Assembly (NCBI GenBank): GCA_965261975.1
Contig: CBDHEC010000008.1
Coordinates: 72,049 to 136,048, forward strand
Origin: Alphaproteobacteria bacterium
GTDB lineage: Bacteria; Pseudomonadota; Alphaproteobacteria; UBA6615
DNA length: 64,000 bases
Direction: 5' to 3'
Positions 9,946 through 20,453 of this stretch are shown here, one piece after another. The notes under the pieces are model-generated. The model ran no database searches. It was given only the letters and a program-made list of their open reading frames with translations, and was not told where the DNA came from. Both the position numbers and the translations under genes were made by a program. Position 1 is the first letter of the stretch; the number at the start of each line of letters is the position of its first letter.

Positions 9946-10491
9946 ATGCGCATCTCCGAAATCGACCCCGACACCCTGACCGCCGAACAGAAAGAAATTT
10001 ATGACAGGATCACCGCCGGCCCTCGTGGCCAGGTGCGCGGCCCCTATCACGCCTATCTCCTGCATCCCGGCGTGTGTGAAGGGGTCGAGCGGATGGGACA
10101 CTTCCTGCGCTTTGCAGCGACCTTGCCCGGAAACCTGCGCGAGCTGGCGATCCTTGTTGTCGGACGCCACTGGAAGGCCGAGTTCGAATGGTTCGCCCAT
10201 GCCCCCATCGCCATCCGCGAGGGACTGTCCGAAGACATCGTCGAAGCGATCCGCGCGGGAACGCCCCCCGGCTTCGCAAACGATGACGAGGCGGCTATCT
10301 ATGGCTTCGTGCGCGCACTTCTCGAGACCGGGCGGGTCGACGACGATGTCTATGCCGACATGAAATCGCGCTTCGGCGAAGATGGCATCGTTGAACTCAC
10401 GGGGATCGTCGGCCACTACACCGGCGTGGCAATGACCCTCAACAGTTTCGAGATCGTGCCCCCCGACGGCGAGCGGCCGACCTTCCCCTAG
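9946..10491 (+). CDS. Carboxymuconolactone decarboxylase/AhpD-like family protein
   Basis: RGQVRGPY, LRELAILVVGRHW.AEFEWFAH, ELTGIVGHY. Confidence 0.85.
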   Translation: MRISEIDPDTLTAEQKEIYDRITAGPRGQVRGPYHAYLLHPGVCEGVERMGHFLRFAATLPGNLRELAILVVGRHWKAEFEWFAHAPIAIREGLSEDIVEAIRAGTPPGFANDDEAAIYGFVRALLETGRVDDDVYADMKSRFGEDGIVELTGIVGHYTGVAMTLNSFEIVPPDGERPTFP

Positions 10492-10506
10492 CCGCCGGCA
10501 GCGCGC

Positions 10507-11688
10507 CTAGAAAATCTCGAACAGGCCGGCCACGCCCATGCCGCCGCCGACACACATGGTGACGACGGCGTTCTTGGCACCGCGACGATGCCCCTCGATG
10601 AGCGCATGCCCGGTCATCCGGTTGCCGCTCATGCCATAGGGATGCCCGATCGAGATCGAACCGCCATCGACATTGTATTTTTCCGGGTCGATGCCCAGCG
10701 TGTCTCGGCAATAGAGCGCCTGGACAGCGAACGCTTCGTTCAATTCCCAAAGGTCGATATCATCGACGTTGAGGCCATTACGCTCCAGCAGGCGCGGTAC
10801 GGCAAACACCGGCCCGATGCCCATCTCGTCGGGCTCACACCCGGAAACGGCCAGGCCGAGATAGCGCCCGAGCGGCTCGAGACCGCGCTGCTCGGCGAGC
10901 TTCTCATCCATCACCACGCACGCGCTGGCACCATCGGAAAGCTGGCTGGCGTTTCCCGCAGTGACCGACCCGCCCTCGCGCACGGCGCCGAGGCCGGCCA
11001 GGCTCTCCGAGTTCGTCGTTGGCCGGTTGCATTCGTCACGATCAAGGGTCACAGCCTTCTCGCTGACCTCGCCGGTCTCCCGGTCCTTCACCATCATGGT
11101 TGTCTCGACGGGGACGATTTCATCGTCGAAACGGCCCGCCTGCTGAGCCGCTGCGGTGCGCATCTGGCTCGACAAGGCATACTCATCCTGGCTCTCGCGG
11201 CTGACGTCATATCGATTGGCCACCGTCTCGGCCGTGTCGAGCATGACCATGAAGATCTCGGGTTTCACATCGCGCACATGAGGGTCCTCGACCCGCATAT
11301 CGGCCTGATGCGCCGGGTCCAGGGCGCTGATCGCCTCGATGCCTCCGGCCACGGCGACCGGCACCTTGTCCATGACCACGCGGTTCGCCGCCGAGGCAAT
11401 CGACTGCAGGCCCGACGAACAGAAGCGGTTGATCGTGGCCGCGCCTGCGGTCACCGGGACACCCGCCCACAACGCCGCATGGCGGGCAAAATTCTGTCCG
11501 GTCGCACCCTCGGGGTTGGCACAGCCCATCAGCACGTCTTCAACCATGTCAGGTTCGATCCCGGCGCGCTCGACCGCGTTCTTGATCGCGATCCCACCAA
11601 GTTTCGCCGGCGTGGTGTTGTTGAAAGATCCGCGATACGCCTTCCCGATCGGGGTCCGGGCGGTGGATACGATAACGGCACTGGTCAT
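10507..11688 (-). CDS. Acetyl-CoA C-acyltransferase (thiolase)
   Basis: INRFCSSG (Cys), ELNEAFA, GHPYG (His), MCVGGGMG (Cys). Confidence 0.96.
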   Translation of the reverse strand: MTSAVIVSTARTPIGKAYRGSFNNTTPAKLGGIAIKNAVERAGIEPDMVEDVLMGCANPEGATGQNFARHAALWAGVPVTAGAATINRFCSSGLQSIASAANRVVMDKVPVAVAGGIEAISALDPAHQADMRVEDPHVRDVKPEIFMVMLDTAETVANRYDVSRESQDEYALSSQMRTAAAQQAGRFDDEIVPVETTMMVKDRETGEVSEKAVTLDRDECNRPTTNSESLAGLGAVREGGSVTAGNASQLSDGASACVVMDEKLAEQRGLEPLGRYLGLAVSGCEPDEMGIGPVFAVPRLLERNGLNVDDIDLWELNEAFAVQALYCRDTLGIDPEKYNVDGGSISIGHPYGMSGNRMTGHALIEGHRRGAKNAVVTMCVGGGMGVAGLFEIF

Positions 11689-11712
11689 TCTCTCTCTCCT
11701 ACTGGCAACGGC

Positions 11713-12294
11713 CTAGACATGGCCGAAGCGCCAACGCTCGATTGTAAGGCTGCGGCCCTCGGGACCACGTGACAGAGGCTCATCGGCCAGCAACGCATCC
11801 GCGCCCGCCCGATCATCCATATCGACGACATAGAGTGCGCCGGTCACGGTGTCGCGCTTGTCATTCAGCAGCGCCCCGGCAAAGACGACCCGCTCGCGAT
11901 ACTTCGCGAGGAAGTTCGACACATCCCCCGGCACATGGTCCGACGATCGCGGGTCGGTGCGCGCGATGACAATGAACTGGGCCCGTCCCTCGGTCTGGGC
12001 ATAGTCGCGCTGTCGCACATCGGTCCAGGGCTGCAGCGGCTCGATGTCGATACGACGGAAAATCTCGGCTGTCGTATAGGGGTCGGTGTCGATGTAGGTC
12101 TTCGCGTCGGCGCGGTCGGGAAAATCAATGACCCTGAAACTGCCATTCGCATTCGAGCCATCGCCGACCATCATCGGCCCGGAATACCAGGTCTCGGCCT
12201 TGAACTTGTCGAGATGGGCCTTATGCGCCTCGAGGGTCGCTTCGCGGGTCGCGGCCATGTCCGGCTTGGATACACATTTGATCATCCACTCCAT
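11713..12294 (-). CDS. YciI-family protein with two tandem YCII domains
   Basis: R....AH..HL...SGPM...GS.....DPY in the first half; a second FAGALL...GALYV...DEPL repeat. Confidence 0.75.
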   Translation of the reverse strand: MEWMIKCVSKPDMAATREATLEAHKAHLDKFKAETWYSGPMMVGDGSNANGSFRVIDFPDRADAKTYIDTDPYTTAEIFRRIDIEPLQPWTDVRQRDYAQTEGRAQFIVIARTDPRSSDHVPGDVSNFLAKYRERVVFAGALLNDKRDTVTGALYVVDMDDRAGADALLADEPLSRGPEGRSLTIERWRFGHV

Positions 12295-12306
12295 GGAAAC
12301 GCCCTC

Positions 12307-13623
12307 TCAATTCGCCTGCGGCACGGCCTCGGCCAGGCGCGGCGCCACGCGTGAAACATATCGATCGTAGCCCGGCGTGCCGGCCAACAGCATGCCGATG
12401 GGCATATCGCCCGCACCCAGCCCGGACGGCATCGAAACGACCGGCCCGCCAAGCGCGGTCCAGGGCGCGATGAACCGCCTGTCCCCGGTCCATTCAAGCC
12501 CTTCCGGCGCCGTCGCCGGTGCCGCCGGCCAGAGCACCAGGTCGGTCGGTTTGATTGCCCCCATAAACGTCACACGCATGGCGTCGATCTGGCGACGTTC
12601 GGCCTGATAGACCTCGTCGTCGATCTCATTGCCGTCGATGACCGACTGCCGCAAGGCCGCCCCGACCTGACCCTCGGGAAACCCCAGCAAGCCGGCATGC
12701 AGGCGCGCCAGTTCATAGACGGTCGTATGTCCCTGCAGTTCGTTGAGGTCCTCGAGTGAAATCGGCGATGTCATCTCGACAACATCATGGCCCGCATCGC
12801 GCAACCGGGCCGCCACATCGTCACGCGCCGCCATGACCTCGTCGCTTGCCTCGGACAGAAACGGATCGTTCAACACGACCACCCGCACTTCATCCTCGAG
12901 ACCCGCGTCCGGCCGGCCATGGGGCGGGCGGACGGCGTCATACATGTAGCAGGCATCTGCGACCGACCAGCCATACAGGCCCGGCGTATCGTAGAACGGC
13001 GCCAGCGGCGCGATACCGTATGTGGCCATGCTGCGGGTCGACGGTTTGAAGGCGGCAATCCCGCAATAGGCCGCTGGCCGGTTTACCGATGCGACCGTCT
13101 GGGTGCCGATTGCCGCGGGCACCATGCCGGCGCCGACAGCTGCGCCCGAGCCACTGCTCGAGCCGCCGGGGGTATGCCCGATATTGTGCGGATTCCGCGC
13201 CGGTGACGGATCGTAGTAAGCAAACTCGGTGGTGTGGGTCTTGCCCAGAATGATAGCTCCGGCCGCGCGCAACGCGGCCACGATCTCGGCATCGGCGGAA
13301 GCCGGCTGCACATCGGCGCGGGTTCGACTGTTGCATCGGGTCGGCCATCCGGCGACGTCGCAAATGTCCTTGATGGCCACCGGAACACCGTGCAGCGGCC
13401 CCCGCAACATGCCGTCATTGGCTTCCCGATTCATTTCCGCGGCGGTGGCCAGCGCCCCCGAGGAATCCACGGAAACCCAGGCCTTCACATCTTCATCGAC
13501 ATCCGCGATCCGGTCGAGACAGGCCTGCACCGCATCCGTGGGCGTATAGCTGCCCGCTCGGATATCTGCGGCAATATCGACAACCCGCCCGGGTGATGCC
13601 GCGAAGGAGACCTGTTTTGCCAT
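12307..13623 (-). CDS. Amidase (amidase-signature family)
   Basis: [10 protein letters not shown] (Lys), [34 protein letters not shown]. Confidence 0.93.
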   Translation of the reverse strand: MAKQVSFAASPGRVVDIAADIRAGSYTPTDAVQACLDRIADVDEDVKAWVSVDSSGALATAAEMNREANDGMLRGPLHGVPVAIKDICDVAGWPTRCNSRTRADVQPASADAEIVAALRAAGAIILGKTHTTEFAYYDPSPARNPHNIGHTPGGSSSGSGAAVGAGMVPAAIGTQTVASVNRPAAYCGIAAFKPSTRSMATYGIAPLAPFYDTPGLYGWSVADACYMYDAVRPPHGRPDAGLEDEVRVVVLNDPFLSEASDEVMAARDDVAARLRDAGHDVVEMTSPISLEDLNELQGHTTVYELARLHAGLLGFPEGQVGAALRQSVIDGNEIDDEVYQAERRQIDAMRVTFMGAIKPTDLVLWPAAPATAPEGLEWTGDRRFIAPWTALGGPVVSMPSGLGAGDMPIGMLLAGTPGYDRYVSRVAPRLAEAVPQAN

Positions 13624-13759
13624 GATGGGATACCTTTCAATTCAAACTGCGTATCAAGGCTAGCATATCCAAGTCCGGACAGGCAGAATCGCCCTCGGAT
13701 CATCGTATGCGCAGGTGATGCGCGCACGGCAATGCCCCGGCTGACGTTAGAGTTTCGAA

Positions 13760-14077
13760 ATGTCGAGAAAAGCGTTCGTTTTGGTCACACTCGGACTGAT
13801 CATTCTGGCGGCGTGCACGCACCGCCGTGAATGGAGCACACATGATGTTGCGATCACATCGGACCCGCCCGGTGCGCGATGCACCTTCGAGCGTGACGGC
13901 CTGACCACCCGTCCCAACAAAATTACGCCGTTCGACATCACGCTGACGAATGTTCCATCCGACATCATCATCCGCTGTTCGCTATATGGCTATCGCCCGG
14001 CCGAGACCAGGATTTCCACCCGCTTTCGCGGCACCATCAATTTTGGCTTCGCGCCGGACCCGACAATTCAGCGCTAA
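13760..14077 (+). CDS. Small hypothetical lipoprotein (PEGA-like beta domain)
   Basis: Signal peptide with lipobox ILAAC, then ITSDPPGARC...TPF. Confidence 0.6.
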   Translation: MSRKAFVLVTLGLIILAACTHRREWSTHDVAITSDPPGARCTFERDGLTTRPNKITPFDITLTNVPSDIIIRCSLYGYRPAETRISTRFRGTINFGFAPDPTIQR

Positions 14078-14090
14078 CGCAGGCGCGCCA

Positions 14091-15350
14091 CTAGACCGCG
14101 AGCGAACCTTCCGGCCCACCAGTGGGATCGAAATGCGGGATCGCCGCGATCAGAGCCTTCGTATAATCATTGCGGGGTCGGATCAGGACATCCGATGCGG
14201 TTCCCGATTCCACAATCCGCCCCTTGTTCATCACGATCACCCGATCGCAAAGCAGTCGCACGACGTTCAAGTCGTGACTGACAAACAAATAGGTCATGCC
14301 CAACTGTTGACGCAGGCGTGCAAGCAACTTCAAAACCACAGCCTGGACTGACACATCCAGCGCCGAGGTGGGTTCATCCAGAACGAGGAGTTTTGGTCGC
14401 AGAGCGATCGCCCGGGCAATTCCCACACGCGCCTTTTGGCCGCCCGACAACTGGTGCGGAAAGCGGGTCAGCAGATGATCGGGCATTCCGACCATCTCGG
14501 CCAGTTGCCGTACTTCCAGCTCGATATAGTCGCCGATGGTGATCGAGCGGTCGAGCAGGATGATGATGCCCGACACGAAGTTGGAGGCGATCTGTTGCAA
14601 TCCGAAACCAAGGCCGACACCGAGCGCACCGCCAAACACCGCCAGCGCCGTCAGGTCGATCCCGACGATGTTCAGCAGCAGCAGGAGCATCAACACGTAG
14701 ACGCCAATTTCGAACAGCTTGGCGATCACCTCGCGGGTGCTGATATCGAGCCCCGTGCGGTTGCGGATCACCCGCTGGCCGGTGGAGTTGGAAACCCGGC
14801 CGAACCAGAACAGCAGAATGCCGAACAGGAATGTTCGCAGAACGGCGAGCAACGTGACTTCGATGTTGCCGATCGCGAAGGACACGCTGTCCAGATGACC
14901 GGTGACATCGTCCAGCAGCCCAACGATGAAGAGCAGCGCGATCGGCACGCCGATCCAGCGCAGAATGAAGATGATGGTCGTACTGGAGATGAAGTGATTG
15001 GCCAGGCTGAAGGCCAGGAGAATGAATGCGATGCCTTGGGCGGCGCGTACCAGCCAGGCCTCGCCGATCATCGATGCGGCAACCGGCGTGACGACGCCGA
15101 GGAGCAGTGCCGTGAGAACCGGCAGCACAAGGTCGCCGGCATTGTGGAGCGCCATCCGCATGTCCAGCAGCGCGCCGGACGTTGGTTCTTCGCGGAAAAT
15201 CCTGACCCGCGCCTTGATGCCCAGGGTCAGCGCCCATGCCGCCAGGAGCGCCACGATCACAAACCCGATCTGGGAATAGAATGTCGGGGACGCGAATTGA
15301 ACGAGAATGCTTTCCCAAGCCGTGTTCAACTGTTCGATCAATCGATCCAT
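14091..15350 (-). pseudogene. In-frame chimera: MscS-family channel N-terminal part (about 14514-15350) fused to the C-terminal half of an oligopeptide ABC ATPase (14091 to about 14513)
   Basis: MscS TM3 GALGVGLGFGLQQIASNFVSG...IGDYIELE runs directly into VRQLAEMVG...RFPHQLSGGQ...LLVLDEPTSALD...SHDL; no Walker A and no MscS cytoplasmic domain. Confidence 0.8.
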
Positions 15351-15432
15351 CGCAAAATTTCTCCAACGGGGCGCTGATCACACGATAGGCGCCTCAACCC
15401 CTGCCCACAATCGGATGGGCGCGGACTTTGGT

Positions 15433-16620
15433 TTACCTGTCTTGTGCGAATAGCACCCCGCGCATGTAGAGATCATCGACCGCCGCGGAATCCATCTCGA
15501 GCAACTCTCCCAAAACCTCGCGCGCCGAACCGCCGAACGGGGCGACCCAGCTGCGGGCACCCACAGCCGCATCGTCCATCGCAAAGGGCGGATTCGGAAC
15601 CTGGAAACTTCCCGCCCCGTCGGACACAGTCGCGAATGCTTCGCGGTGCGCCAGCTGGGGGTCGTCGAACAGTTCTTCCACCTCGCGGTAACGCGCGCAG
15701 GGCACCTTGCCCGCCATCAGGATGCGCTCGCATTCGGCCGCCGTGCGGGTCGACGTCCAACCCTCGACCAGTGCCATGAGATCGGCATAGTTCCGGTTGC
15801 GATCGGGATGAGTCAAAAATCTCGGATCCTCGATCCACTCCGGCGCACCCATCGCGCGCGCCATGCTTTCGAAGGTGATCTGCCCGCCGGGCGCGACCAT
15901 CACGAAGCCGTCGCTGGCTCGCACGGGCCGATAATAACCGCGCGGCGTGTCGAGCGGATTCTGCGCCAGCTGGATTTCATAGACGAGCAGCCAGATGACA
16001 CTTTCCATCAGCGAGACGTCGATATATCGACCCGCTCCGGTGCGTTCGCGCGCAAACAGAGCCGCGTTGATCGCCCCGAAGGCCTGCACCGCCGCCATCA
16101 CATCTGCCAGGAACACCCCGACGAACCCGGGACGGGTCATTTCGGGCTGCTGCTCCAGTGTGGCCATCTCGTAACCGGAGGCCGCCTGGACGACGGGCGC
16201 GTAGGCCGGGTTCTGGGCATCCGGGCCGGTCTGGCCGAAGCCCGAAATCGAGCAGTAAACAACGTCCGGCCGAACCTCCCGGATCGCCGCATGATCGAGC
16301 CCCAACCGGGCCATGACGCCGGGCCGCGCATTCTCGACGACCACGTCGCAATGACGCGCGAGATCGAGCGCGATACGGTGCCCTTCGGGTGATTTCAAAT
16401 CTATTGCCAGGCTGTGCTTGCCGCAATTGAGGTGGCCATAGACCGCGCTCTCACCGTCGCGGATCGGGGCCGCACGGCGATTCTGCTCACCGGAGGGCGC
16501 TTCGACCTTGATGATCTCCGCACCCAAATCGGCGAGTTGGCGCGTGCAATAAGGCCCCGCCATCATGGTCGTAAAATCCAGCACCCGGATGCCGTCGAGC
16601 AATCCCGTCATGGACACCAT
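15433..16620 (-). CDS. Family III CoA-transferase (CaiB/BaiF)
   Basis: LDGIRVLDF, AGPYCTRQLADLGAEIIKVE, DVVVENARPG, YCSISGFGQTGP. Confidence 0.95.
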   Translation of the reverse strand: MVSMTGLLDGIRVLDFTTMMAGPYCTRQLADLGAEIIKVEAPSGEQNRRAAPIRDGESAVYGHLNCGKHSLAIDLKSPEGHRIALDLARHCDVVVENARPGVMARLGLDHAAIREVRPDVVYCSISGFGQTGPDAQNPAYAPVVQAASGYEMATLEQQPEMTRPGFVGVFLADVMAAVQAFGAINAALFARERTGAGRYIDVSLMESVIWLLVYEIQLAQNPLDTPRGYYRPVRASDGFVMVAPGGQITFESMARAMGAPEWIEDPRFLTHPDRNRNYADLMALVEGWTSTRTAAECERILMAGKVPCARYREVEELFDDPQLAHREAFATVSDGAGSFQVPNPPFAMDDAAVGARSWVAPFGGSAREVLGELLEMDSAAVDDLYMRGVLFAQDR

Positions 16621-16643
16621 AAACTCCCGCGCTTCCGCGACAT

Positions 16644-17801
16644 CTACTTGAGAATATCCCGCGCGATCAGCATGCGCTGGATCTGGTTGGTGCCCTCGAA
16701 AATCTGGGTCACCTTGGCATCGCGCATCATGCGCTCCACCGGAAATTCTTTCATATAGCCGTAGCCACCCAGAATCTGGACGGCGTCTGTGGTGACCTTC
16801 ATCGCCGCGTCGCTCGCCAGCGTCTTCACCATCGCCGACAGACCGCCATAGCCGTCCATCTCTCCCCGGTCGTAACGCGCCGTCACCTCATAGAGCAGCG
16901 CGCGCGCCGCCTCGATCTGCATCGCCATATCCGCCATCATGAATTGCAGGCCCTGAAACTCGGAGATCGGCTTGCCGAACTGCTCGCGTCCCTTCGCGAA
17001 GGCCACCGCCTGATCCAGCGCGCCCTGGGCGATCCCCAGTGCCGACGCCGACATGGCGGGACGGTTAAACTCCATGCATTTCATGGCGATCGCGAACCCC
17101 TCGCCGTCGCCGCCCACCATGGCGTCGCCAGGCACGCGGACATCCTCGAAGAAGAAATCGCAGTTCGGGGTGGCGCCGTTGTAGCCCATCTTCTTGTTCT
17201 TCGGGCCACGCGTGACCCCGTCCAATGACGTGTCGACAATAAACGCAGACACGCCCTTGGCGCGCGGCGCGTCGTTGGTCCGGGCGAGCACCAGCACATA
17301 ATCGGCCACCGGTCCGCAGGTCACGAAAATCTTGTTGCCCGTGATCAGCCAGTCGTCGCCGTCACGCACCGCGCGGGTTCGCAGCGCGGCCGCATCCGAC
17401 CCCGCCTCGGGCTCGGACAGGGCGAAGGCGACGAGAGTGCGCCCTTTCGCGAGGAGGGGAAAATACTTCTGCTTCTGCGCGTCCGTACCTCCGAACAACA
17501 ACGGCAGCGCCATGCCATTGCCGTTCTCACCAACCATCACGGACAGGGACAGGGAGTATTTCGCCAGCTCCTCACGCGCGATGCAGAGCTTGGTGAGCGA
17601 ACCCTCGGGCCCACCAAACTCCGCCGGTACGCTCCATTGCAGCAGGCCCAAATCGCCGAACTTGGGGATCACCTCGTCGGGGAAGCGGTCCTCATGGTCG
17701 ATCTCGTCGGCGATCGGCGCGACCTCGCGCTCGGCAAACCGTCGGATCTGATCCTGGAAGATCCTGTCTTCCTCGCTGAAGTGGATCGGGGTGAAGCCCA
17801 T
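16644..17801 (-). CDS. Acyl-CoA dehydrogenase
   Basis: FALSEPEAGSD, GNKIFVT, REQFGKPI, QILGGYGY, IFEGTNQIQR. Confidence 0.96.
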   Translation of the reverse strand: MGFTPIHFSEEDRIFQDQIRRFAEREVAPIADEIDHEDRFPDEVIPKFGDLGLLQWSVPAEFGGPEGSLTKLCIAREELAKYSLSLSVMVGENGNGMALPLLFGGTDAQKQKYFPLLAKGRTLVAFALSEPEAGSDAAALRTRAVRDGDDWLITGNKIFVTCGPVADYVLVLARTNDAPRAKGVSAFIVDTSLDGVTRGPKNKKMGYNGATPNCDFFFEDVRVPGDAMVGGDGEGFAIAMKCMEFNRPAMSASALGIAQGALDQAVAFAKGREQFGKPISEFQGLQFMMADMAMQIEAARALLYEVTARYDRGEMDGYGGLSAMVKTLASDAAMKVTTDAVQILGGYGYMKEFPVERMMRDAKVTQIFEGTNQIQRMLIARDILK

Positions 17802-17956
17802 ATTCTTGTTTCCGTTTCAGGCGTGACGGCCCGGCCCCCAAAAGATTGCGCGGCTCCATCGCGACCATTGGAAAATTGGGCCAAGCAGTCGATTCGCCCC
17901 GACAGAAATATGCACAGGACTTTGCGCTCCCCCCAAACGCACAATAAGGTTTCGCC

Positions 17957-18778
17957 ATGGCCCGCCACCTGACCACGGATCAAGTCGAACGCTATCAACG
18001 TGACGGGTATCTGTTCCCGCTGCCGGCGATATCGCCGGCTGATGCACAGCGGTACCGCATCAGCCTCGAAGCCATGCAAGAGAGCCACCCGGACCTGATG
18101 CACGGTGTCGAGGCACAGAAGCTTCACCTGGTGACAACCTGGATGGCCGACATCGTGCGGACTCCCGATATTCTCGACGCGGTCGAGAGCCTGATCGGGC
18201 CCGACCTGTTGTGTTGGACGTCGACCCTGTTCGTGAAGCCGCCAGACGGAAAATCCTTCGTTTCCTGGCATCAGGACGGAAACTACTGGGGACTCGAGAA
18301 CCCCGAGATCGTCTCGGCATGGCTTGCGCTAAGCCCGGCCACCGTGAAGAGCGGCTGCATGCGTATGATCCCCGGCTCCCACCAATGGGACGCGACGGCC
18401 CATCACGAGACCTTCGACGACGACAATCTGCTGTCGCGCGGACAGGTGATGCAGCGTGACATCAACGAATCAGACGCCGTCGACCTGGCCCTGAAAACGG
18501 GCGAGATTTCGCTGCACCATGTGAATGTCGCGCACGCATCCAACCCCAACCGGTCGAACGACAGCCGCATCGGGATCGCGATCCGTTACGTGTCGCCAAA
18601 CGTGCGCCAACAGTTGATCGAAAAAGACAGCGCAACCCTCGTGCGCGGCGCGGACCGGGTGGGCAACTTCGAGCATGAAGAACCGCCCGCCCATGATTTC
18701 GAACCTACCGCGATGCGGCGGCTGGCGCAGGTCGTTGCCCGGCGCAACGCCGCTGTTTATCAAGACACACCCGAGTAG
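17957..18778 (+). CDS. Phytanoyl-CoA dioxygenase family Fe(II)/2-oxoglutarate dioxygenase
   Basis: WHQD (HxD), distal His in SLHHVNVAHAS, NRSNDSR. Confidence 0.9.
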   Translation: MARHLTTDQVERYQRDGYLFPLPAISPADAQRYRISLEAMQESHPDLMHGVEAQKLHLVTTWMADIVRTPDILDAVESLIGPDLLCWTSTLFVKPPDGKSFVSWHQDGNYWGLENPEIVSAWLALSPATVKSGCMRMIPGSHQWDATAHHETFDDDNLLSRGQVMQRDINESDAVDLALKTGEISLHHVNVAHASNPNRSNDSRIGIAIRYVSPNVRQQLIEKDSATLVRGADRVGNFEHEEPPAHDFEPTAMRRLAQVVARRNAAVYQDTPE

Positions 18779-18792
18779 CATCCGAGATTTCC

Positions 18793-19635
18793 ATGTCCCC
18801 TGCCCACACCATAAACGCTCACGGCGCCGCCATTCCGGCGGTCGGCTATGGCACCATGCTCTTCCCCGAACCCGAACGCGCGGTCGAGCTCATTCTCCAT
18901 GCACTCAGTTGCGGCTACCGTCACATCGATACGGCACGCAAGTACGGCACGGAGCAATGGGTCGGTGAGGCCATCCGCGCCTCCGATGTGCCGCGCGACG
19001 AGATTTGGGTCACCACGAAAGTCACGGAAGAGAATGCGAAGGCAGACGATTTTGCGCGCTCGGTCGAGACCAGTCTTGAGACAACGGGCCTCGACCATGT
19101 CGACCTTTTGTTGATCCACTGGCCACAGCCGAATGTGCCGCTGGCCGAGACACTCGGCGCGCTCGCCAAAGCCAAACGCGACGGCCTGGCGCGGCATATT
19201 GGGGTTTCGAACTTCACGATAGCATTGCTTGAAGAGGCCGCGGCCAAATGCCCGGAACCCCTGGTGACCAATCAGATCGAGTATCACTGCTACATCAATC
19301 AGGAGCGACTGATCACGGCGTGCCGCAACCACGGCCTGCTCGTCACATGCCACGCCCCTCTGGCACGCGGCGCCATGCTCGACGACCCCGTCATCGTCGA
19401 GATCGCGGCGACCCACGGCAAGACCCCGGCCCAGATTGCGTTACGCTGGACGGTGCAGCAGCCGGGGATCGGTGTGGTCCCGCGGGCCCTCGAATTTTCC
19501 GAGATCGAGGAAAACATCGCGATCTTCGACTTCACACTGAGCGACGTGGAAATGGACCGCATCGGGCAACTCAAGGAACGAAATCTGCGGGTCATCGACC
19601 CCGAGATACGCCGGCCCGTCTGGGACGAAATCTAG
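18793..19635 (+). CDS. Aldo/keto reductase (2,5-diketogluconate reductase-like)
   Basis: GYRHIDTARKY, VTTK, DLLLIHWP, IGVSNF, NQIEYH. Confidence 0.94.
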   Translation: MSPAHTINAHGAAIPAVGYGTMLFPEPERAVELILHALSCGYRHIDTARKYGTEQWVGEAIRASDVPRDEIWVTTKVTEENAKADDFARSVETSLETTGLDHVDLLLIHWPQPNVPLAETLGALAKAKRDGLARHIGVSNFTIALLEEAAAKCPEPLVTNQIEYHCYINQERLITACRNHGLLVTCHAPLARGAMLDDPVIVEIAATHGKTPAQIALRWTVQQPGIGVVPRALEFSEIEENIAIFDFTLSDVEMDRIGQLKERNLRVIDPEIRRPVWDEI

Positions 19636-19747
19636 TCGCACGCCCGTGGAAAGGGATAGGCGCATACCGCGGTTCTTCTCTAAGCTTGTTCCGAAGTCAT
19701 GTGATCCCCGTCGGTGTCACAGCAAACAATTGCCCCAGGGAGTGCAC

Positions 19748-20098
19748 ATGAAATTACGAACCAGAGTAATCGTGTCGGCGGTCGGCCTCGTGGCTGCATT
19801 CACGCTGTTCACGATCGCAACACCGGGACCGCAAACAGCGACGGCACAGAGCGCCGAACGAAATACCAACGCAGTCGCGATCATCGATTGCCGACGGACG
19901 GAGTCCTCCGGCCCAAAGATGGAACTCACGGCCTGGTCCGGCAGCAAGAATGTGGCACCGATCGTGCGGGGCACCGGCTGCGCCACGGCCATGCATCAAC
20001 TGCTGGAGCGCGGTTTCGACCTCCGCACCAGCGATTCCGCGACGAACCCCGAGCGGTCCGCGAACTTCGTCACCCGATACGTCTTCATAAGGCCCTAA
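19748..20098 (+). CDS. Small hypothetical secreted protein
   Basis: GGGAG RBS before ATG 19748; signal peptide ending ATA-Q; two Cys; no family recognised. Confidence 0.6.
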   Translation: MKLRTRVIVSAVGLVAAFTLFTIATPGPQTATAQSAERNTNAVAIIDCRRTESSGPKMELTAWSGSKNVAPIVRGTGCATAMHQLLERGFDLRTSDSATNPERSANFVTRYVFIRP

Positions 20099-20132
20099 GC
20101 GGTCTGCGTAACGGGCCGAGCCGGACAGATGT

Positions 20133-20453
20133 CTAGCTCAGCTCGACCGGTTCGCCATGGGGCGTCGAAAGATAGGCCTGCGTCCACGCCGCGCGCAGTT
20201 CATTCAGACTGTCCTGATCCGCATGGTCGTGCTCGATGAGGAAGGTCTCGAGCGCCCGAAGCCAGACGTCGTAATAATCCGACCCGTCCGTCGGGCCGCT
20301 GGCATCGAGCGCCTGCCTGAGCGCGCGCCCGAAGTGGGCCGCCCAGTCGGGCCAGGTAAACGTACCGGCCGCTGCCAGCGCATGGGTCAACCCGAAGATC
20401 TGCGCCTGCCATGGCTCGGCAAAGGGCCGCGTCGGCTCAGGCGGCCGGGACAA
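20133..20453 (-). CDS. Nitrile hydratase accessory protein (P14K-like)
   Basis: PFAEPWQAQIF, FTWPDW, YYDVWLRALE, AYLSTPHGEPV; overlaps the beta gene end. Confidence 0.9.
   Translation of the reverse strand: MSRPPEPTRPFAEPWQAQIFGLTHALAAAGTFTWPDWAAHFGRALRQALDASGPTDGSDYYDVWLRALETFLIEHDHADQDSLNELRAAWTQAYLSTPHGEPVELS

Noticed and set aside
17957-18778. PhyH-family protein as a halogenase
   Set aside because: The HxD carboxylate is present (WHQD); halogenases replace it with Ala or Gly
19700-19721. TGTGA...TCACA as a CRP/FNR-family site
   Set aside because: Spacer is 12 bp rather than 6
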